Source of the DNA: a virus
IMG/VR virus record: IMGVR_UViG_3300020601_000959
Location: 5,188-69,187 of that record
Direction: 5' to 3' (one strand)
DNA: 64,000 nt
Shown here in pieces: positions 56,841-64,000 of the stretch (position 1 is the stretch's first letter; every line of letters starts with the position of its first letter). A program made the position numbers and the translations under genes. A model generated the notes under the pieces. It did not search any database. It was given only the letters and a program-made list of their open reading frames with translations, and was not told where the DNA came from.

Positions 56841-59800
56841 ATGGCAAAGCAAGAAGTTGATATTGGCGTAGAGGGTAATGATGGCACAGGCGACAGTATC
56901 CGTGAAAGTTTCAAAAAGGTAAACGAAAACTTTACCGAATTATATGCTATTTTTGGACTTGGTGGTCAAATTAGTATTACTGATCTAAATGATACACCAG
57001 CATCTACTACTGGTGAAGCAGGCAAAGTTCTATTAGTAAATCAAGCAGGAACCGGCATAGATTTTTACGAACTGGTAAGTGATGCTGGAAATTCAGATCC
57101 TAATGACGGGCAAAACACAGTAGCATTTAGTGTTGATGGCAACAAATTAAAAATTAGTGTTATTAACGTTAATATTGAATCTGATCCTGCTCCGATCTTA
57201 AGTAATCCTTTAAAAATGGGTGCTGCTCTAGCCTATGGTGAAACCACTTATGATAAAGTTATAGTTGACAGTGAAAGACAAACACTCATTGATAACTGGA
57301 ATCTAGTACACGAACCAGACGTTGAGATTGATAGGATGATTGCTCCTACTGGATTAAACCAAAGACAATTTATTGAAAAAAACACCCCTGGCATGGGTCC
57401 AAGAGTAGCAGACATGCCAACAGACGCATCTGGCTATACAAAAACTATTGCTAGTTATAATGTAGCCGGAAGAGTAAATATGCCAGCACACGGCTTTACA
57501 GAAGCTGTGACAGGCAGCAGATGGAAATACAGTTCTGATACTACAGACGCTACCAACTTGGTTACTGACCAATTTTATTATGTAAGAAGAGAAAATGCTG
57601 ATCAATTAACACTTCACCCAACAGCAGCAGATGCTTTAGATAACACAAACCAAATTGTGCCAAGCGGAGGCACTGGTGTACAATCTCTAATAGATGCATC
57701 ATATAACGATACCTTAGAAGGATTTTGGACAGAAGATGCTATCCTTCCAAGAAAAGAAATAGTTCGTAGAACTGGCGATACTATGACAGGTGCTCTAACA
57801 TTACATGATCATCCTGCTCCATTGGCAGGTGCCGGCACTCCAAACACTGCTGATGACTTACAAGCAGCTACAAAGTATTACGTAGACAGCCAACAATATA
57901 CACTTAGCGAAAATGTCTATGTAAGCACAAAAGGTGACGATGCACAAACACAAACACCTCCAGGTAGAGAAGGACGTAGTGAAACTTATGCTTATAGAAC
58001 TATAGCAGCGGCATGTGCTAGAGCAGCTCGATTACAAGAAGCAGCAGATATTGATGTAGGACCTTATGTACAAACATTAACATTCACTGATGGTACAGGT
58101 ACTAACAACGGCTACGTTGATAACTTTTCAAATATTGGATATACAGCAGTTAGTGCTGAAGTAACAACAGTAGCAAATACTATCGCATCAAACCGTCAGA
58201 CAGTTATTGACGATACAATAGCAGCTATTGCTACAACTTATCCAGATTTTGTTTATAATGAAGCAACTTGTAGACGAGACTTAGGTTTAATTTTTGATAG
58301 TATTAGACTGGATATTCTAGCAAGTACTGTAAGTATCAAGCATAATTTTTTAACTAGATATGCTGGATTAAGATATTATGCTAATGCTAGTGGCGAAATT
58401 GCTATCGCTCAAGGAGCAGGCGGACAATACGCACAAACTAGATTTGCTATTGTAACAGCACAGATTGCTATGTTAGCTTTGATTAACACAGCACTAGGAG
58501 GCAGTGCTACAGGTAACCAATGGTATCTTGCTACTGATGCTAGGTTTGATGATATTTTAGCTATGATAGACACAACTACATCAGATGTTGCTATTGTAGA
58601 AGCAAGTAATGATTATCAACTGTATATCTATAGTGGATCTAACAAATTTTTAACGCAAGCAGGTGACCCAGCAAATGGCGCTGATGCTAATATTGATATT
58701 TTTCCAGGTAAAATTGTTAGAGGTAAGAAAAGTGGAGCAGTTGGTGTAATCAACAATTATACCCGAGGTGCTGACACAGTAGGCACTCCTACATATGATA
58801 CATTATCACTTAAACTACTTTTACCAATTGAATTTATTGATGAAGAAGAAATTGAATATGGTGCCTTTGTTAAAAAATCACAAATTAGTGTTAGAATCGA
58901 ATCAGGTACATATGAAGAACAATTGCCTATTAAACTACCTGCGAACGTTAGTATCAAAGGTGACGAATTTAGACGAGTAATTATACGTCCAGCACCTGGT
59001 CCAAGTTTAAGTGAAGCTGCTAATATATATTTTTACAGAGACGCTACAATTGACGGCTTAACAACCGCAACAGCAGGTGAGGCTTATGTTAGTGATCTTA
59101 CACTAGCAACAGAAGGTTACTTTGGTCGACATTATTTGACAGATCCTACTAGTCCTATGAATATTAGTACTTTTGCGGCGTCTAACCCAGGAAACTTTAA
59201 CCAAGCAGCAGATTTAATTAGACTTAATAGACAATTTATTATTGACAGGACTATTAGCTTTATTACTACAACTTATCCTTCGTTAGTTTACGACGAAGAC
59301 AAGTGTCGTAGAGATACAGGTTATATTGTAGATGGCATTATTAAAGACTTGATCAAAGGTGGTCGTGTCAATAGTGCTGTAAATCAAAAATCGTATGCCG
59401 CAAATGTTGTACCTGGTCAAGAAACTGAAACAGAAGCAGCTATTAATAACATCGCTGTTATTATAACAAGTGTACTAGCACAAACAGCATACGCCGGAGC
59501 CGGTGGTGATACTGGTAGAGTAACAAACAGCAGTCTAACAGCAGAAGCAGCAGCAAATACAAATGCTGGCGAGTTGGTAAGTTTTGTTTCTTATGCCTTT
59601 AACGGATCTTATAATCCAGCACTTGATAATAATGAAATGGACATGTTCCTATGTAACGATAACACAATTATTAGAAACGTTACAGCACAACGACAAGGTG
59701 GCTTTATGATGGTTCTTGATCCAGAAGGATCAATTTTAACTAGATCACCGTATGCCCAAACATGTTCTAGTTTTTCTAGAAGCACAAATGAAAAAGCATT

Positions 59801-62800
59801 TAGAGGTGGTATGTTTATTGATGGCTATGTTTACAACATGCCAATGACAGTCATCCAAAATGGTAATACAGATCCATTTAGAATACAAGTTGAAGCGCCA
59901 AGCACAAGTGGATTAGGTATTAGAAAACCACTAGTTCCGTGTAGTTTCTTTGAGTATGGTAGACGCTATCAAGTTAATGCCATTGTTGATTATGTGCCGA
60001 ATAATGGTAGTGGAGTAGCAACTGCCACACTTGTTTTAGATCCAAGAGCAAATAGTGGCAACGGTTTAGACGACGATATGGATTCAGCAGGCGGTCCAGT
60101 TCCAATCATCCTTCAAGGTGCTGGTAACAAATCTATGTTGGCAAACGACTACACACAAATTAACGATCTAGGATATGGTGTTATTGCTAACAATAATGCA
60201 CTAACAGAACTTGTTAGTGTGTTTACATATTATGCTCATACTGGATATTTGTCTAGAAACGGGTCACAGATTCGATCACTAACAGGTAATAACAGTTATG
60301 GTAATTTTGGTATGGTTGCCGAAGGTAGCGATCCAGATGAAGTAGCAAGAGATGTTACTTTAGCACAAGACTTAACACAACCAGTAAAAATGTTTGTTGT
60401 TGATCAAGAAGTTGAAATCACAGGTAATTCCAATGGTATTGCTAGAAACGATGTACTTAGACAATACAATACAACGACTGACAATATTGCTAGGGCTACA
60501 GTAATCTTCAACGACGATAATAGTACAAATAGTACGATTAGTGTAAACAGATACATTGATTTCCAAACATCATATGAATATACATTTAATGCTACAGACG
60601 AAATAACTGTAAACTCACCTACAAACGGCACCTCCTTGTTATCTGGTACTAGATATGTCATTGGTACTATTGACGGATCAGACTGGACAACAGTAGGCGC
60701 AGCAAGTAATACTGTAGGATTAGCATTCACAGCAAATGCTACAAATGCTGGCGGCACAGGTGTTGCGTATCAAAGTTTTGGAGTTCCAGTTTCTGTAAAT
60801 AACGTTGGCTTAGGAGGAACCAAGAACCAAGCAAGAGCATTCATTTACGATTGTACAGTTCTTCCGTTGAACGCATCTCAACTAGAAATACACCATGACG
60901 ATCCTGATGAAACTTTCCAGCCATACGAAGTTATTAACGTAAGTGATACTGGAACAGTTATTCCAGTAGATTATACTGATACAACATTAGCAGATGATCT
61001 TGGATCAACATCAGATTTTGCGAACAAAGTATGGAGATTAGAATTTACATCTGGTACTGGCGGCGCAGTATCAACCGAAAGCACTGGTCTTCAGTTTAAT
61101 GTAAACCATGCTCAAATGGCTGTTATGACAAGCCAACAAAACTTATTTGTAAATGGTATTAGTAGCGATGTTGTCACAAGACCTTCTACTGCTTTGATTT
61201 TTGATGAACAAGAAATTGTTACCTATAGAACATTAGCATTTGAAAACCTAATTACTCCAGGCTATCCAGCAGTAGGATCTCAGACCCGTATTACAATTGA
61301 TGATAATTTTGATTATGTAGATCTAGTAGTATCAAACGATTTTGCTGGACAAGCACCTGGTACTTATAGTTTAAGTGGCGGCACTACATTAGGTGATACA
61401 CAAGGTGATCAACACATTGCTGTATCAACTGTATTAAGTGCTAATGATACAGCAAGGCTTAACAGTAGTGATATTGATATGATTTTTTCTTGGAAAGGTA
61501 AAGTACATGTCATTACAAATTATCAAGTTGTAACAGATAGTGGTTCGGGCACACAATTTGGTATCATAAGTTTTACAGACAAATATAGTATTCACGATAG
61601 TTATGTAGGAAGCGGTATTGCTGGTCAGGTAAGTGGCCCAACTGGTGATAACATTACTTTACAAGTAGGTTTACAAGAAGCCGAATCGGGTAATGTTACT
61701 GTAAATATTAGTACATGTCGTGCTACATCACATGACTTCTTGGATATTGGTACAGGCGGATACAACACCAGTAACTATCCTGATAGAGTTTTTGGCGGTC
61801 CTGTACAACAACCAGTAACTGATGAACAAAGTATCGATAGTGAAGGCTTTGCCAGCAAGGCACAAGTACAAGAACGTACTAGAGGAAGGGTGTTCTTTGC
61901 GTCAACCGACCAAGATGGTTTCTTCCGTGTTGGTAGATTCTTTACAGTTGACCAAGGTACTGGTAGAATTACATTTAACGCAGCACTTGTTCTAACAAAC
62001 ATTGATGGTATTGGCTTCAAACGAGGTGTGCGTGTCAACGAATTTAGTGCTGATGATACATTTACAAATGCTACAGCAGATTCTGTACCAGTTGAAACAG
62101 CAGTTGAAGGTTATATCGACAGACGTTTGGGTATGGATCGAAATGGTACAGCACTAGCAGGTGCTCAAATCATACCTCAAGGTACTGGTGGTTTCTTAGC
62201 ATTAAGCGGCACAGTTCCAATGGCAGGCGACCTACGCATGGGCGGACAGCAAATTAATGACCTTGCTACACCAACTAGCGGAAGTGACGCAGCAACAAAA
62301 GCATATGTAGACGCAGGAGACGAAGCATATGATACACTTGAGGAACTTGAAGACACTAATATCGATGATGAACAGGCTTTAGCAGATAACCAATTCTTGG
62401 TATATGATGCTACATTGTCAAAATGGACCAACGCAGCATATGATACAAATGTGGGCAACAGTGATTTTGTTGTAACATACAACGAAAGCAGTAATGTTCT
62501 AGAAGGTCAAATTACAGCAGGTGCTATTGTAAACGCTGACATTGCTGCTGGTGCTAACATTGCTCAAAGTAAATTAGCGTTGGCTTTTGCTTCTGCTGCC
62601 GCAGATGCTGCTACTGCTGTTGAAGGCATAGCCAGTTTTGATAGTGCTAACTTTGAAGTAGATGGAAACGGATTTGTAGGCATTAAAGACAGTGGTATTA
62701 GTAATGATGATCTTGCGGGTAGTATTGCCAACGGTAAACTTGCCAACAGCAATATTAATATTTCAGATGGCGGTTCAGCAACATCATTATCACTAGGCGA

Positions 62801-63695
62801 TACACTTACTATTCAAGGTACAGGAAGTGAAATTGATGTTTCAAATAGTAGTAACACAATTACAATTGGATTGCCAAACATTATAACTGCTGATCTAAAC
62901 GGTGACGTTTACTCCTCAAATGGAACTAGTAAAGTATTAGAAGCTGGAAGTGATGGAACTGATGCTACATTTACCGGTAACGTTACTGGTGATGTAAGTG
63001 GCAATGCTGGCACTGCCGATCAAGTATTGACTGTAAGAAATTCTGGTAACACAACACAATATTTAACGTTTGTTAATAGTAACAACGCCACAGGTGCGTA
63101 TGAATCTTTGCGTACTGATGCTGGTATAACTTACAATCCAAGCACTAATGCTATGGTTACTGGAGGAGCATTGACTATTGACGGAAACTTCCTAGGTGCT
63201 ACAAATACAAGTGGTAATACTACAGGCGACAACGCTACTAGTATAGGAAGTAGCACAAGACGCTTCAACACAGTGTACGCTACTACATTCAACGGTGTAG
63301 CAACTGAAGCATTGTACGCTGACTTAGCTGAAAACTATAAAGGCGATGCTGTATACGAACCTGGAACAGTATTAGTATTTGGCGGTAATGAAGAAGTTAC
63401 TACTACTGATGTTAAAGGTGATAGAAGAGTAGCTGGTGTTGTAACCACAAATCCAGCACACATCATGAATAGCGCATTAAAAGGTGAACATGTTGTTGGT
63501 GTAGCACTACAAGGTAGAGTTCCTACGAAAGTGCTTGGTCGGGTAGAAAAAGGAGACTTGCTAGTAACCAGTGCTCGACCGGGAGTAGCTATAGTAGACA
63601 ATGATCCTAAAATTGGTACTATTATTGGTAAAGCTCTTGAAAGTAAAACTGATGATGGCTACGGCACAATTGAAGTTGTAGTAGGGAGAGTATAA
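56841..63695 (+). CDS. Giant virion structural/tail fibre-type protein (2284 aa)
   Basis: N-terminal NDGTGDSIR..F.KVNENF.ELY (gp9/gp10-like), CRRD repeats, AATKxYVD, C-terminal YADLAE...GRVP..V.G...KGDLL. Confidence 0.8.
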   Translation: MAKQEVDIGVEGNDGTGDSIRESFKKVNENFTELYAIFGLGGQISITDLNDTPASTTGEAGKVLLVNQAGTGIDFYELVSDAGNSDPNDGQNTVAFSVDGNKLKISVINVNIESDPAPILSNPLKMGAALAYGETTYDKVIVDSERQTLIDNWNLVHEPDVEIDRMIAPTGLNQRQFIEKNTPGMGPRVADMPTDASGYTKTIASYNVAGRVNMPAHGFTEAVTGSRWKYSSDTTDATNLVTDQFYYVRRENADQLTLHPTAADALDNTNQIVPSGGTGVQSLIDASYNDTLEGFWTEDAILPRKEIVRRTGDTMTGALTLHDHPAPLAGAGTPNTADDLQAATKYYVDSQQYTLSENVYVSTKGDDAQTQTPPGREGRSETYAYRTIAAACARAARLQEAADIDVGPYVQTLTFTDGTGTNNGYVDNFSNIGYTAVSAEVTTVANTIASNRQTVIDDTIAAIATTYPDFVYNEATCRRDLGLIFDSIRLDILASTVSIKHNFLTRYAGLRYYANASGEIAIAQGAGGQYAQTRFAIVTAQIAMLALINTALGGSATGNQWYLATDARFDDILAMIDTTTSDVAIVEASNDYQLYIYSGSNKFLTQAGDPANGADANIDIFPGKIVRGKKSGAVGVINNYTRGADTVGTPTYDTLSLKLLLPIEFIDEEEIEYGAFVKKSQISVRIESGTYEEQLPIKLPANVSIKGDEFRRVIIRPAPGPSLSEAANIYFYRDATIDGLTTATAGEAYVSDLTLATEGYFGRHYLTDPTSPMNISTFAASNPGNFNQAADLIRLNRQFIIDRTISFITTTYPSLVYDEDKCRRDTGYIVDGIIKDLIKGGRVNSAVNQKSYAANVVPGQETETEAAINNIAVIITSVLAQTAYAGAGGDTGRVTNSSLTAEAAANTNAGELVSFVSYAFNGSYNPALDNNEMDMFLCNDNTIIRNVTAQRQGGFMMVLDPEGSILTRSPYAQTCSSFSRSTNEKAFRGGMFIDGYVYNMPMTVIQNGNTDPFRIQVEAPSTSGLGIRKPLVPCSFFEYGRRYQVNAIVDYVPNNGSGVATATLVLDPRANSGNGLDDDMDSAGGPVPIILQGAGNKSMLANDYTQINDLGYGVIANNNALTELVSVFTYYAHTGYLSRNGSQIRSLTGNNSYGNFGMVAEGSDPDEVARDVTLAQDLTQPVKMFVVDQEVEITGNSNGIARNDVLRQYNTTTDNIARATVIFNDDNSTNSTISVNRYIDFQTSYEYTFNATDEITVNSPTNGTSLLSGTRYVIGTIDGSDWTTVGAASNTVGLAFTANATNAGGTGVAYQSFGVPVSVNNVGLGGTKNQARAFIYDCTVLPLNASQLEIHHDDPDETFQPYEVINVSDTGTVIPVDYTDTTLADDLGSTSDFANKVWRLEFTSGTGGAVSTESTGLQFNVNHAQMAVMTSQQNLFVNGISSDVVTRPSTALIFDEQEIVTYRTLAFENLITPGYPAVGSQTRITIDDNFDYVDLVVSNDFAGQAPGTYSLSGGTTLGDTQGDQHIAVSTVLSANDTARLNSSDIDMIFSWKGKVHVITNYQVVTDSGSGTQFGIISFTDKYSIHDSYVGSGIAGQVSGPTGDNITLQVGLQEAESGNVTVNISTCRATSHDFLDIGTGGYNTSNYPDRVFGGPVQQPVTDEQSIDSEGFASKAQVQERTRGRVFFASTDQDGFFRVGRFFTVDQGTGRITFNAALVLTNIDGIGFKRGVRVNEFSADDTFTNATADSVPVETAVEGYIDRRLGMDRNGTALAGAQIIPQGTGGFLALSGTVPMAGDLRMGGQQINDLATPTSGSDAATKAYVDAGDEAYDTLEELEDTNIDDEQALADNQFLVYDATLSKWTNAAYDTNVGNSDFVVTYNESSNVLEGQITAGAIVNADIAAGANIAQSKLALAFASAAADAATAVEGIASFDSANFEVDGNGFVGIKDSGISNDDLAGSIANGKLANSNINISDGGSATSLSLGDTLTIQGTGSEIDVSNSSNTITIGLPNIITADLNGDVYSSNGTSKVLEAGSDGTDATFTGNVTGDVSGNAGTADQVLTVRNSGNTTQYLTFVNSNNATGAYESLRTDAGITYNPSTNAMVTGGALTIDGNFLGATNTSGNTTGDNATSIGSSTRRFNTVYATTFNGVATEALYADLAENYKGDAVYEPGTVLVFGGNEEVTTTDVKGDRRVAGVVTTNPAHIMNSALKGEHVVGVALQGRVPTKVLGRVEKGDLLVTSARPGVAIVDNDPKIGTIIGKALESKTDDGYGTIEVVVGRV

Positions 63696-64000
63696 TGGCA
63701 CAGAAAACTATAAACACTGGCACACAAGAAAACAGTGGAGACGGAGATCCAATACGTATAGCGTTTGATAAGGTAAATGAAAACTTTACTGAACTATATA
63801 ATGATATTGATAATGTGAGCCAGTCTGGTATTATACAAAACCAAGAATATGAAATCGACATTAATGGTAGTGTTACATCGGCAACAAGCACTTTGTTGGT
63901 AGACGGAGTCAATGGTGTTATACCTGGAGCCAATATTACTGGTGTGATACCAGGTTACATTAGTTTAGTTACTTTACAAACTGAAGTAGCAGCAAGCACA
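63695..64000 (+). CDS. Virion structural protein (3' partial)
   Basis: MAQKTINTGTQENSGDGDPIRIAFDKVNENFTELY, same N-terminal motif as the preceding gene. Confidence 0.75.
   Translation, partial: MAQKTINTGTQENSGDGDPIRIAFDKVNENFTELYNDIDNVSQSGIIQNQEYEIDINGSVTSATSTLLVDGVNGVIPGANITGVIPGYISLVTLQTEVAAST

Noticed and set aside
1-64000. CRISPR array, IS/transposase, integrase or rRNA
   Set aside because: No regularly spaced repeats or recognisable motifs seen by eye
1-64000. Stop-codon reassignment
   Set aside because: Conserved genes are intact in the standard code and end in TAA, TAG and TGA; no suppressor tRNA seen
1-64000. Bacterial chromosome origin
   Set aside because: Host-like genes are isolated among phage hypotheticals, PAAR and virion genes, with T4-type late promoters

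Overview
A 64 kb segment of a large, AT-rich, T4-like/jumbo dsDNA phage. It has densely packed + strand genes, TTGACA-16/17-TAnnnT early promoters, T4-type (T)ATAAATA late promoters, nrdAB/glutaredoxin, a PAAR protein and giant virion proteins at both ends. The host is very probably a marine alphaproteobacterium, judged from the permuted two-piece tmRNA with an ANDN...AA tag, pseudoazurin, an aa3 oxidase subunit IV-like protein, a porin and HemO/PcyX. Auxiliary genes include purine salvage (NCS2 permease, PRTase, GuaC), bS21, IF-1, ClpS, Hsp20, a curli-type (CsgF/CsgG) secretion locus with curlin-like subunits, FecR and a CHASE2 adenylate cyclase, an R-M-like pair, five sulfotransferase-like paralogues, QueD, UvsE and IscA. 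The most striking feature is non-coding. A tRNA cluster (Trp-CCA, Pro-UGG, probable Ile2-CAU) sits behind a complete trp-operon-style attenuator. Its 20-codon leader peptide clusters ATA, TGG and CCA codons, which are the codons read by those three tRNAs, suggesting an on-demand tRNA resupply switch. Other RNA elements read by eye: a preQ1-I-like aptamer before queD, a ROSE-like thermometer before hsp20, a ~190 nt structured RNA, and a 20-bp operator-like repeat beside a Fis-type HTH gene. All calls come from motif recognition and manual folding; no database search or folding software was run.
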